DNA from: Antedon mediterranea
Lineage: Eukaryota > Animalia > Echinodermata
Reading direction: 5' to 3'
Length of the DNA: 64,000 bases
NCBI RefSeq assembly: GCF_964355755.1
Contig: NC_092673.1
Span: forward strand, 20,767,648-20,831,647
The position numbers and the translations under genes were made by a program. The notes beneath the pieces were generated by a model. It had not been told where the DNA came from and ran no database searches. It was given only the letters and a program-made list of their open reading frames with translations. Shown here in pieces: positions 42,391 through 54,824 of this stretch; within the stretch, counting starts at the first letter, position 1, and every line of letters starts with the position of its first letter.

Positions 42391-42665
42391 CTAAGTCACT
42401 TACCAGGTAACTAAGTCACTTACCAGGTAACCAAGTCACTTACCAGGTAACCAAGTCACTTACCAGGTAACCAAGTCACTTACCCGGTAACGTCACTTAC
42501 CCGGTAACTAAGTCACTTACCAGGTAACTAAGTCACTTACCAGGTAACTAAGTCACTTACCAGGTAACCATGTCAGTTACCAGGTAACCAAGTCACTTAC
42601 CCGGTAACCATGTCAGTTACCAGGTAACCAAGTCACTTACCCGGTAATCAAGTCACTTACCAGGT
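42391..42665. repeat. 20-bp minisatellite, ~13-14 copies
   Basis: Unit c(t/c)aagtcacttacc(a/c)ggtaa. Confidence 0.95.
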
Positions 42666-43080
42666 ATAACTTAACTTGGGTACACTTGTTGGAATTGATA
42701 ATACTATTATTTCAACGGAATCGTTGTTTACATTTGGAACCAGCGAGAACCAAAGAGATACTAGTGCAATAAACGTACTAAAATCAATAAAATTTAAAAA
42801 TATTATTTGCCATAAAGGTTATATATTTTATCATTACTGTATTAAAAGCATATTTTTGTAAAAATAGGTTTCTTTATATCGCGGAGAGGTACTAAATGTG
42901 TTTATATATATATGACCGGTTATAGTATGTTAAGTTTAATGACTTTATTAACAGGGTGTATTATGCTTTAAACGTTGATCTTGCTTTAAACGTTGATCTT
43001 GCTTTAGCGATATTATGAGGTAGTCAAACTGTTTCCTATTTGTCTTTCGCCTTTACTTGTGGCCATTGTCTTTCAATAAC

Positions 43081-43379
43081 GTCGTGAGGTGGTTTCCCGA
43101 TTAATCGTATGATCAAACGGTACTGGGTATGATCAACTAGCGTTCGTGTTCCCACCTAATCATCCATTCATAGAAGTACTGATGAAGATATCAATCTTTG
43201 GCGACAATAGAATGGACCCGAGACCTGGCTATCTTCGACTTTTAAATAATAAAAAGTTTTGAAAAATTTGTCTCGGGTCCATTCTATTGTCGCCACGTGA
43301 TTAGGTGGGAACACGAACGCTAGTTGATCATACCCAGTACCGTTTGATCATACGATTAATCGGGAAACCACCTCACGAC
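43081..43379. repeat. Long near-perfect inverted repeat (foldback/MITE-like)
   Basis: ~82-bp arm 43081-43162 is the reverse complement of 43298-43379; inner 26-bp arm ~43199-43224 pairs with ~43270-43295. Confidence 0.92.
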
Positions 43380-44561
43380 ATAATTAGGAAATAGGGAATA
43401 ATTCCACCAGTTTAGCATTGCATAAAGCTATACAAAACAATCTTTTTGCTACAAATTTCTAAAATTGTGTAGCAAAAAATACAATACAATAACTATGTTT
43501 CTCGACTCAAAAATTAGTTTGATTAGCAAATTGCTAAACAAATTTCCCCTGATGGCAGTGATATGTAGAGATAAAACAAACGAGGAACATATACACAGCT
43601 TAATAATAAGATCCATAATCAAGTTTTTATTATACAATAGAAATGACGAATTGTGTTATAGGTAGTCGATAAATACTGATGTTTTCTTACTACAAGAAAC
43701 GTCAATGCCGATCAATATGAAATTAGTTATGCATAAATAATCCAAAGAAGTAATATGTTTACATTATTTATTTATTATTTTTATATTAAAATATACTACG
43801 TTAAATGTAATGATATTTTATTGTAATTTTTTGTGGTATTGTTTCACGATACGATAGTAGTTATTGTCATTTTCACAACAAGTTACAAATAAAATTTGTT
43901 TGGTTGATTTACATTTGATATACATACAATACACAAATAGGCCTATATAAAGAAAAAAAAAATACAGAGATCTAAATTGCTTTAAAATACATGAATAGAA
44001 TTATAAACAAATGATTGTCAGCAACGTTTACTGTTTTGATTCAGGATGATCAGTCTACCAGTTTGGCTTAAAGAGTATCAACAAGTATCAATAATTTTAT
44101 TGATGCAATGTGGTTCGATTGAAAGAATCACAAATTATAAAAATTGACATTGTTCTACAGATTATACAACATAAGTTTATCAATACTGGGACTAATTTGT
44201 TTTCCTATTATACTTTTTTTTGTTCTTTTGTGACGTTTAAAGCAGTGACGAACATAGACAAACTGGAGTTTATAAGTATTGCACTGTGGATATACTATTT
44301 GCACTTTTCCCCCAATTCGAATAAACTCCCCGGGGCCTTTATTCGAGGGAGGCGTTTATTCAAATACGGTGTATAAATATTAATTTTTTGGTCCATTTAG
44401 AATAAAAACGATGTAGTTATACTTTGTTTTGTCCTATTTATAATACAGTTTATAATGCTTATAATTCAAAATAGAAATAAACAATCCTATATTGCACAAA
44501 CAGCTAAAATAAATGAAGATATGTTAATAATGTAAGCAACTGGTATTAAGAAAGAACTTAA

Positions 44562-45713
44562 TTACCAACTTAACTCATATAACTTACTCCCTAAGCCAAC
44601 AAGACAGTCATGATATTCCAACTTTTCATAGTTGTTTTTTGGAACTTGACTAAGGCCATATATGGCACCCCACCAGGCCCCAGCAAGGCTACCGGTTGCA
44701 TTTCCCGCACCACCGTGAAACACGGCATTCTTGCAGATCTCATCCCAGCTACTTTCAGATGACAGAATTGCATCATACCTACAAAATGATGACATTTTCA
44801 AATAATATTTTATTAACAAAAGCATATTGAATTAATATTAAAATATTTTATGAAAAAAAGATACCTGGAACAATACCAATACTTACGCTATGATTGTTGC
44901 GTCGTAACCATGGGCACCAATAATCCTTGATCCTGAAAACTTCTGAAACAGGTTAATTCTTTCTCGAACTCCATATTTTGTTGGGAATTTTGGTTTGCTT
45001 TCACCATCTGCTATTTGTCTTACTTTAAGGTACTCTTTCCATTTTCCTTCAAACTCTGACCACGCTTCTAGGTTCTCATCAACAGAATGTCCAGTTCCCA
45101 CTACGTACTCCAGTGCTCTTGGAAGTACCGCCACTAATCTTGCTCCCCACTCACGCGGCTCAATGCCACGAACTGCATATGACGTAAACAACGCTGCAGT
45201 TAGGGCGCCAAGATACGCAGATGGGTGATGATGAGTAATTCGGCCACTTTCAATCGCCACACCTATCAACTTTGATAGATAATTCGGTTTGCAGTATACT
45301 AGCCCAATACACATAGCACGAATGGCTGCAGAGTTGTCCTTTGCGAGATTATCGTATGGTATCCTATAGCTGTAAATTTCACGTGGTCTTATCTTTCCCG
45401 TCCAATCCAGGAGCATTGTTCCTGGAATTCTGTCGTCCATGGCATCCATCCCAGCTAAATATTGCACAGCGAACTCATTTAAGAGAGTATCCCCAGTTTT
45501 TGTAGTACTTAGAGCTAAAGCGGATGCAATGTGAAGAACTGTGCCCTCACTTGCCTTCCATTTTGGAGGCTCAATAGTAATGGTACTTAAGCCACCCAGA
45601 GATTCAACATCACCTAGTATTTTAGCTGAGGAGTTTTCCTTCTGGTAGTGAAATCCAAGAGTATCCGCAGAGCTAGCAAGAAGAAAAGAAGCTTGGAAGG
45701 CTTCCAGTGACAT
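44562..45713 (-). CDS. ADP-ribosylarginine hydrolase family protein (ARH1/ADPRHL1-like), predicted catalytically inactive; 2 exons, 347 aa
   Basis: Exons 45713-44887 and 44778-44562 (GC|gtaagt...tag|G); motifs AAIRAMCIGL, ESGRITHHHPSAYLG, AYDAIL, AVFHGG, WWG..YG...VP..NYEKLEY. Confidence 0.9.
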
Positions 45714-46385
45714 TATTATTACTCACCTCATCCAAAAACACGATCTGGTCTTAATATAATATTCGTACATATTAAATTATATTATTAATATAGCAGAAAT
45801 TGATCATCTTAAGCACAATCTTAGACGTCGTGTGCTTTGCTGTTATGGAAACAAAGGTCAGAAGTTAATCGTCATGCTTCACTAAATATGATTAGAAACA
45901 TGTTACGTTCTTCCACGTCACATTTCTAGAGTCCATGGCGAAGATGGTAAGAAAAACTACTTTAAATTTATAAATTTCACAATTATTATTGTCTATTATT
46001 ATAATAAATAACTCGCAATAATTACAGGTATTATAGCATGCGTCTGTATTATTGATAACGCTTTCTTTTATATTAATATTTGACAATAGAATCTAGGCCA
46101 GCTGAAACTCACCGATTTACAAGGCACACAACCCGGTTGGTGGCCTAGATTGTGGTAGAAAGCGTAAGGAAGTTTGGGCCTACTAGGCCTAGGGGTAATG
46201 TTAATTGAAATGTATAGAATAGTGATTTTTCCAACCCTAATTGTATTAATAATATTTGTTGTGTTTATTATTTGACTTGCAGTTCATGCTAAAAAAAATG
46301 AAAATTCAGAAAAAATGATAATTAAAAGAGTGTGGTTGTAAATTAATTTTGATCATCACTACTTTACCAAGTTACCACCAAAACC

Positions 46386-49300
46386 ATGCCTTGTAGATAC
46401 AAGGTAAATCATGGTGCTGTCTCTGTGGTAGTCGAGGTATTCATCAGGATTGCTTTAGTCGCCATATTTTTGTAAGTAACTACAGTATGTGGTAATAAGT
46501 AATGCACTTGTCAATTGTATGACATACTATACGACTCCCGGGAGAGGTGCGTCATTTACAAATAATTAAGGACACAGGAGTGCGTCAAAAACCCTAAATG
46601 GTACGTCACCTCAATGAACAATGGTGCGTCAATGTCCGTCACTTTACCACAAAAGGGCAGTCATGGTGCATCATTGTTCTCTAAAAGGTTCGTCACTAAT
46701 TTTTAAATGGGTGCATCATTGCGGTGTAAATGTAAGTTACTTTTTAACTTAAGTGGTGCGTCATGGTAAGGTATGATGCAAATCGGAAAATTGACGCACG
46801 TCTTGAGGGTTATATACTGTAGTGCGTCATACAGTTGAACCAACATTAACCAACATTGAAAATAGATCAAGAAAAGAGAGTAAAAATGTTGTCTATTGCA
46901 AAACAACACTGTTGTATACAGTTGTAAATTTTGACTTTACTCACTTTATATCTAAAGCTATGTCTGCACTATCAGGTATGGTAGTGATATGCCCAAATAT
47001 GGTAGTTATATGACATCATCATGTATATATATGGGAACATCACAGAGCTAAAGTATCTAATTCCATATATTTGTTTTTTAAATAAACAGAATAACAGAGG
47101 AATTGAAGCCTTTTATTCGAATTATCCAACCTGAAGAAATGTGGTTGTATAAGAATCCTGTAACTCCAAGTTATGTAACAACGCCTGTCATGTTTGTATG
47201 ATCTTCTTCTTTCAATATGTAAAATAATTTAAATCATAATTTATAATGTAGCGAAGTAGCTTTGAGCCTGGGAATTACCATTTTATTACAATTAATATGC
47301 CAAGGAATATATTCCGTTAATATTCCTTTTCTTTCGAGGCAGGACCATAGCCACCAGTTAGTAAGGACCTTACCAACTCTCCCAATATCAGACTTTTCTT
47401 GAGGTTCAAAAGGTCCCAAATTCATTTTTACCATTAAAAATACATTTCGAATACCAGACTTTCCGGGAAAACATATTAGGCCAACCAAAGTGTGAGAGAT
47501 TAAACACGTCTGGAAACATACTCCCATAATGAAATAATCATTACAATTAACAGAAAATAAATATAAATATTTCTCTTCTTTTTTTTCAGTGTATTGCTGT
47601 GTTTACACCTATAGTAGTAATATTTATTTTCTTTTCATTGAGAGGTGAAAGAACAGATTTAATTCAAGCCTTGTTAGGTATGCTGATTCTAAATGTGTGT
47701 TGTTACAGTAATTGCATTACATTCTAACCATACCATTACATTATACATTGTTTATGCCAGATTGAGTAAAAATTACTCAATACATTCATAGAATTAGTAT
47801 CACCATCATGTTAGTTGTTCTGTATAATTACAAATTGGCAGATCCAGGATTTTGATATAGGGAGATGGCCCAGGGCCTAGCAATAGTGAAATGAAGGCCT
47901 GAGTTAAATTTGATGTCCTATATTTTGCATTACAATTTCCACCAATTTGCTGGATCTGCCCCTGATTTTAGCACCAAACAGTATGTAGGTTTGAAATAAA
48001 TATAATATGATTCATTACAGCTGTTGGCTTGGCTCTCCCTCTTTGTGGCATTATAACAAATAGCATCAAGAATATATATGGAAGGTAAGTTTATTCATAT
48101 TGACTGGTTCAATTACACTATAGTAAAGAATAATAATTTGTCTGTGTGTTGATGAAGTGGAGATGTAGCTTGGTGGCTATGATGCTTGGCTACCAACGGG
48201 TCCTGGGTTCAAGTCGTGTCAGAACTTTTTCTTACGACATACTACAGACTTTGTTTATGTATAGCATCTTCTGTATGTTTGTCTTATGAACAGGATTGCC
48301 ACCTTTAAGAAGCATATAGTGAGAATTCGCTTATGGCTATTCTTGACAATTTGCCTAAATATATATAAAAAAAAAACCAAACAAAACAAGTACATTGTGC
48401 AAACAAAATTTAGAATATAAGTGGTTTAGTAGCGGGACATTGTTGAAACTATAATATATGCAATTAACCTATGCGAATTGAAACATATAAAATTTGTAAT
48501 GAATATGTGTATTGATAAAGTATATTTAGAATACAAGTGGTAAGTACAGTAGATGTTTGTTGAAACTATGCAATTAAACGGTGCGAATTGAAACATAATT
48601 AGTAATGAGCATTTTAATTAGTAATAAGAAGCATGAATAATACCACCAAACTTACGAGTTAAGATGACTATAGCAAAGCATTTAATAAAAAGACAAACGG
48701 CCTTAAAGTGTGACAACTTACTTACAGTTTTCCAAATGCGCACAACAAAGAATCGACAAAATTACATGTAAATATTGCAAAGGTGTTAAAGGCCAGGTGC
48801 GGGGAAAAAATTTATATTGATCATACATTCCAATAATTATCGATCTATAGTTTCCCCTATGTTTCATATTTTTTGGGATTTTATTTGTGTTACATGAGCT
48901 TGTTGAAAATAAGCACTTTCTTATCAGTGGGGGGATAGTTCAAATTACACAGTAAAATCTCTATTCTTTTGTACACAAATTTTGTAAATAGAGAGGCATT
49001 TTAAAAAGCTATGAAAAATAAACGGTCGTGGTAAAAAATGTCATCAGATGACTAAATATAGGTAATATAACTTGAATATTACATTTCTGATATTTTTATT
49101 CAACTTCAGATTTTTATTTTCATGCTATAGCAAAAATTATCCACTGTATATCCACCATCTTTTTTCACCATCTAGGGAGTCACCAGACATGTTATTACAT
49201 TAGGTTAACTACCTAACTACTGAAAAAAAGTCTTCCTGGTTTTTATGGAAGAATTTTGCCAAATTTTGTATTTGACCATATTAAGGGAAATTCATGTTTT

Positions 49301-51504
49301 TTTGTCTCGATTACTGTTACAAATATTTGATTTATGTACAATTAACCAAATATTATATTTAAAATTCATGCCTGTATCTGAGCTTTAATATTAAATTAGC
49401 TTTAAAATCATTTAAAATTTCAAACTTATTTAGTCTTAAGGACCCTGTCCCTGATGTGTTCCGCTCTCGTGTTGTATATAAATTTAAATGTATGGGATGT
49501 AATTCCATGTATATTGGTGAAACCAATAGATGGTTATATATGTGGGTGCGTGAACGTTTCTGGGACAAGGCTTCTCACATTTTTCAACATCTGCAGGATT
49601 CAGAACGGTGTAAGGCCAGCGCTAAGGCAGAATGCTTCACCGTTCTGGATCCTGCAGATTCCGCTTTCAAACTTAAGGTCAAGGAAGCCCTCCACATCTC
49701 GTGGAGTAAACCTTCCTTGAACAAACAAATCTATAACTTAGGCATCACACTTGCCATATGATTGTTTGGTGTCTACATTCCTTGTTGTTTTATTATGCTA
49801 ATTACTTACTTATTTACATACAACATGTCCTATTGGTATATAAGCACTCTAGGCGTTGTTTACTGTTCTGATGATGAGAATAGTTTCTCGAAACATGTCA
49901 CATTTACATTTTAAGGCAGTTTGCCTTTTTATTAAATGCCTCGCTATAGTCATCTTAACTAATAAGAAGCAATTGTGAATTTTATTTATTGATGATTAAA
50001 AGTAGAAATTAGATTGAATATGATAGTATTGTCATGTCATTTTATTAGACCAAGACCAGACTATTTTTGGCGATGTTTTCCTGACGGCAAAATGACCTCT
50101 GACCTGCATTGTACCGGAGATTTAGATACTGTAATGGAAGGAAGGAAAAGTTTTCCCAGTGGACATTCATCTTGTAAGTTTTATATCACAAATTAATTCT
50201 GATGATGAGAATAGTTTTCTCGAAACATGTCACAGTATTTTAAGGCAGTTTGCCTATTTATCAAATGACTCACAATTTTGATTTTGACTCAAAAGTTTGG
50301 TGGTATCATACATAATTTATCTCACCAATTTATAATAATTAGCATATTCGTTTGTTGAAGTATACATTTAATTTATTCCTATAGAAGTAAAAAATTAATG
50401 TATTTTTTACCAACAATGAAATTGAAAGTTAAATTTGAATATTATTTGAATTACTTTCTATTTTGTTTTTCAGTTTCCTTTTGCGGTTTAACATTTTGTG
50501 CTTTATACATGATGGGTAAATTTCACATATTTGAGAGTCAAGGTCGTGGGTCAGCGCTTAAATTATGCATCAGTGGAAGTCCGTTATTTGCCTCTTTGAT
50601 GATAGCACTCTCCAGGACGGCAGACTACCATCATCATTGGCAAGGTAATAATTCATTTTTTTTGGTTCTCTTGAATCTGTTTTTTTTATCGGATATTATA
50701 GATACTTGAGCTCCTGTGAATTCTGTTCCAACAAACTCTCTTTGGGAGCTTCAGAGTGCCGGAGAACAGAGCGCTGAAAATGGTTCCTCTGCATCATCTT
50801 TTTTTTTTTGTGGTTATCTAAAGGCCAACTCAGACAGCATCGTACGACGAGGCCCAATGAAACGTCTGGACTCGTCAGTGTTGTCTAAGTTGAATCCCGA
50901 TGATAAGATAGCGTTTTAGGTTGTCGGGAAAACATTAACTGTTTCCCGACGAGATGACTTGCTGGCCTCGTTGTACGGCCATGTCTGAATTGGCCTTTAG
51001 AATTTTTTATGGGATTTTTCGTATAACACATTTGTGTTAGGCACTATAAAAGACACCCCTTATTATTAATTGCCTTATTTGTAATAGTAGAAATAGAACC
51101 ACTCATTTCAGACCACTCCACTTTTCTTTGAAATGAGTTAGGATGCCATTATAAGTGTTTTAAAGCTTTTTTAGTTTCTAATGTACCATCACAAAACTAT
51201 ATTTTTAACCATGCCCCTCTCGGCCCAGTAAATATTTGTATACTGTACCATAAAAAAACTAATATTTATATATATAATAACTCATTTTGTGTGTTTACTT
51301 TCAGATGTTCTTGTTGGGTCGTTGCTGGGTTTAAGTATTGCGTTCATGTGCTATCGTCAATATTACCCGTTCCTCACCCATGTGTCATGTGACAAGCCGT
51401 ATGCGATGCTTACGCCATATTCGGAATTACCACGCACTGATTCTCGAGTTAGTTTGAACTATAGTGAAAGAAAAGATATTGAGGCTGCTATTCACATGAT
51501 ATAG
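46386..51504 (+). CDS. PLPP5: Phospholipid phosphatase 4/5 (PPAPDC1-type PAP2 family), 7 exons, 279 aa
   Basis: Exons 46386-46471, 47090-47195, 47590-47677, 48021-48084, 50049-50173, 50474-50644, 51305-51504; [18 protein letters not shown]1 KNIYGRPRP, C2 SFPSGHSS, C3 [13 protein letters not shown]. Confidence 0.9.
46956..47049. mobile_element. MITE family A, internally deleted copy
   Basis: agctatgtctgcactatca..atatggtagt..acagagct. Confidence 0.6.
48157..48230 (+). mobile_element. tRNA-derived SINE head (degenerate)
   Basis: A box tagcttggtgg and B box ggttcaagtc with tRNA-like spacing. Confidence 0.45.
48634..49959 (+). mobile_element. Penelope-like element fragment (GIY-YIG endonuclease end + pLTR/3'UTR) with inverted tail copy at its 5' end
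   Basis: VVYKFKC.GC...YIGETNR...EALHI...KPSLNKQ (49456-49761); 48657-48717 is reverse-complementary to 49897-49961; direct repeat taataagaagca at 48622-48633 and 49960-49971. Confidence 0.8.
49861..49905 (+). ncRNA. Minimal type-I hammerhead ribozyme motif (PLE-derived), copy 1
   Basis: CTGATGA(49868)-t-gagaa/tagt/ttctc-GAAA-catg-TC; palindromic stem III acatgt; predicted cleavage after 49899. Confidence 0.7.
50199..50237 (+). ncRNA. Minimal type-I hammerhead ribozyme motif (PLE-derived), copy 2; PLE tail continues to ~50310
   Basis: CTGATGA-t-gagaa/tagtt/ttctc-GAAA-catg-TC-acagta; predicted cleavage after 50231. Confidence 0.65.
50822..50996. mobile_element. Palindromic MITE (Harbinger-like, TAA/TTA flanks)
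   Basis: aggccaactcagaca..cgtacgacgaggcc ... ggcctcgttgtacg..tgtctgaattggcct. Confidence 0.7.
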
Positions 51505-52304
51505 AATTTATTTTTTTAAATTAAAGCTTTTTAAAATAGGTCGAGGAAGAAATCTCATTTTGTTATCTACTTATGGTATTAAAGTGTATTAATACTTATT
51601 TACTTAATAATACATATTTTGTTTCTTTTTAAGCCTATGTTTTAAAAAATAAACAAAACTTTTACAAAGAATTTTAGTGAATGTCTTTAGTATGACTCCT
51701 GTATACATCTACACACTACTGTAGAAACACCAAAAATGAAAGCCTGATTAAAACAGTTAAGATGACCAAGAGAGAAAACTTTAATAAAACTATTCATAAA
51801 ATATTTTATAGTTCTTTTATTGAGAGTTTTCTGACCTTTTCTTTCATCTGCTGGTTCTATAATCTCGGGGTCAAGAAAAAATTACTTACAACAAATTGTT
51901 AACTTAAGTTCGAAATTAACAGGTTGTAACCTTTTGTAATCTATCAAATTTTCGGAAAAAGTAAGGCAATTTTAACACATTCAAACCACGTTCTTTATAA
52001 GGAATTTGAAGTGTTGCCTCATGGTCTCTGTTTAGGTGTAAAACTAAGTGTAAAAAAAAATGTGCCATCAGACTCCTAAATAAATATTTTATAAATGTTA
52101 ACTATTTATTATCTTTTATAATGATAAAGAATTCTGTATTTATATTTGATGTTGACATTTTATTTTAATTTGATGTAATCAATCTCCTCTTTTAATTGCC
52201 CTATGAATGAATAAAGATGAATAAAGATATATATGTAATGATACTGGGTTGACCAAAAATAAATGCTAGGACAGTATGCAAAAGTATTTATATTACCAAT
52301 CTTT

Positions 52305-52432
52305 AGCTCTGTCTACACTATCAAAAAAAGGTGTGATTTGCCCAAATATGGTAATGATATGACATTGTGTCCATATATATAGGCACATCACATTTTTTTG
52401 CCACACACAAGTTTGATAGTGTAGACAGAGCT
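52305..52432. mobile_element. MITE family A copy
   Basis: agctctgtctacactatcaaa ... tttgatagtgtagacagagct. Confidence 0.85.
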
Positions 52433-52874
52433 TTATTTATGGTGTTTTTTTAACGTGATTGATTCCAGCTCAAGTATAGGTATGACGTGTGTGCAAAAAT
52501 GTTTTTATTTTGACAAATATTTTGTTACCATCTAGAACCTAGACTAAATTTCTATGTGAACACAACCATAAACACACACAAAAGAAGAAAACAGCGACAC
52601 AGTAGCTATATATGAAAGGGTTTGATTTATTTACAATCATTAATAATCTTTATAGTACACTACTATTAATGTAATTTACAATCCCAAAAAATCACAAGTA
52701 CTAAAATATTCTTTTTGCATCATTGCACCTTATGAATCAACTAAACTCTATACCTATATATATATATATATACTGTTTAATATTTATTGTTTTCGTCTTC
52801 TATGCCATGTGGGCTGCATATGTTTCTATGGTTTGTGTGGTATGATGTAATACACCATATAGGCTGCATATATA

Positions 52875-53021
52875 CAGTGGTGTAACGGCTATGAGCGCTC
52901 ACTGGCTAAACTCAGGGCCCCAGGGCTTACAGGGCCCCTGAGCTTACAGGGCCCCTGAGCTTTCAGGAGTAAGAAACAAGACCCTCAACCAGGGGCCACA
53001 GGTCTCTGTGTTACATCACTG
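52875..53021. mobile_element. hAT-like MITE; related CAGTGGCG-type ends at ~21469, ~31716 and ~47837-47965
   Basis: TIR cagtggtgtaac/gttacatcactg, internal cagggcccc repeats, partial TSD catat. Confidence 0.6.
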
Positions 53022-54824
53022 CATATCTTTGCATGATGTAACACATGTTCCTATGTCAGGGATACATATACTGTAGTATGGAATTATTACATATGTATAT
53101 CGCTACTTCATCAGATCAATACACCATAAATATTGATGTCCTAACTTTACTTAGCTTATACTAAATATATGTCCTGTCAATCAACAGAGGTCAACTCTCC
53201 TACCATATATGATTTGTGGCCAAAAGGTTTCTTAAAGATGTATTGTCCCTCAAAAACATGAAAAATAAAGATTAATGAAACCAGATTTTGAATAGGCCAT
53301 TTTGCAGTTTTAATAAACTTATTCAATTCTGTAAAAAAAAAATCAACAAAAATAATTATTTCACAAAAAGACAAAAACCATTGTCTGACAGACAATTTAG
53401 GTATTTTTGCTTTAAATTACAATTTTTTCAGGAAAATATTTTTGTTTTCGATCCAGTTTTTTGGTCAAGTGAATAACTTCTACCTATGTGACACTAAAAG
53501 GGCATATTCAACAACAACATTTTCATTTTAGGGGAACAATATATCTTCGAATTGTGGTATTGGGATTGAGTTGGGTGTGTCACATTTTTTTACAATATCA
53601 CAGCATGTTGTATATGTACACAGTACTTCAATCCATTACTTATACCATGTCATCATCACACACTATATGTGTTTTACATAAACGTCAGGAACCAACCTAG
53701 TTCCAACATGAACTAATTCATCACTTAAATAAATTTTAAAATAAGAAGTTTCAAAAAGAAAAAAATATCTGTTTAAATTTCTTTATTAAAATAACTATAA
53801 GAGTCTGACTATTACTACATGATGCAATATCGTATTTGAAAACAAAATCATTATATATTTTAATTTCTGGCAACATAACACAAAAATAATTAAGGCATTA
53901 AGTAGCTATATATAATATTTTAAGAGTCTAACATATATAAACAATTTATTATATTGTATAATATTTGCTATATACATATATCATGCTTATATCATCGATA
54001 CGTACAATCAAGGTGTATAAGTAATCTATTTTTTATGATAATTTCATTACAGTTATGGTGGTTTATGAAAAAATTTGTCCACAGTTTGTAGTTTCAATAT
54101 CCATACGTTAACAGAAAATAGTTTAAAAAGTTAATAATAAAGTACTAAAAAATAAACATATATTTATTCTGAAAATTATAATAACACTAGGCTGACAGAA
54201 TACTTCTAAGTAAACCATATATACATATAATTCCAATATAAAAGATGGAGATAAACAGACTATTGTATATGTTACATTACAGAATTATCTTACACGTATC
54301 ATTATAGTACTGATTAGATACAAGAAATTAAAATCAAGAAATAGAAGGGAAAAAACATTTAAAAATAAAAATAGATTTTTAAATCACAGATTATTAATCA
54401 ATGATTGTAGATAAGCAGAAACATGCTATGGTGGTTTTAAATAAGTCACATTGTTATTGTGAAGTAAAATGTAATCATTTGTAGCAATATAAACTAAATA
54501 TTATCTAGAAATAATGTTAAATGTTTGGCAGCAAGTATATTAGGTACAAAAGTTGTCAATAAGTTTGGTCTAAAATGTCACATTTCTAAAGCTATTTTTC
54601 AATCCTATAGGCAACGGAAATGAAAATAATTTTAACCATGATTCTACAAACATTGAAAAACAATTATCAGAAATATAATTATGAAATAAACCATTAAATG
54701 GCAAACAAATTAATAAATAAACAAAGTCTATTTAAACACAATTTATTATAAAATTTACTATTTTTTTAGATTACTGTATTTGTTACTAAATTTTAAAAAT
54801 AATTCTATAAAATTTCTCACAGGG

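Noticed and set aside
43179-43200. Hammerhead-like CTGATGA + small stem (also ~27576 and ~13073)
   Set aside because: No GAAA...UH core follows
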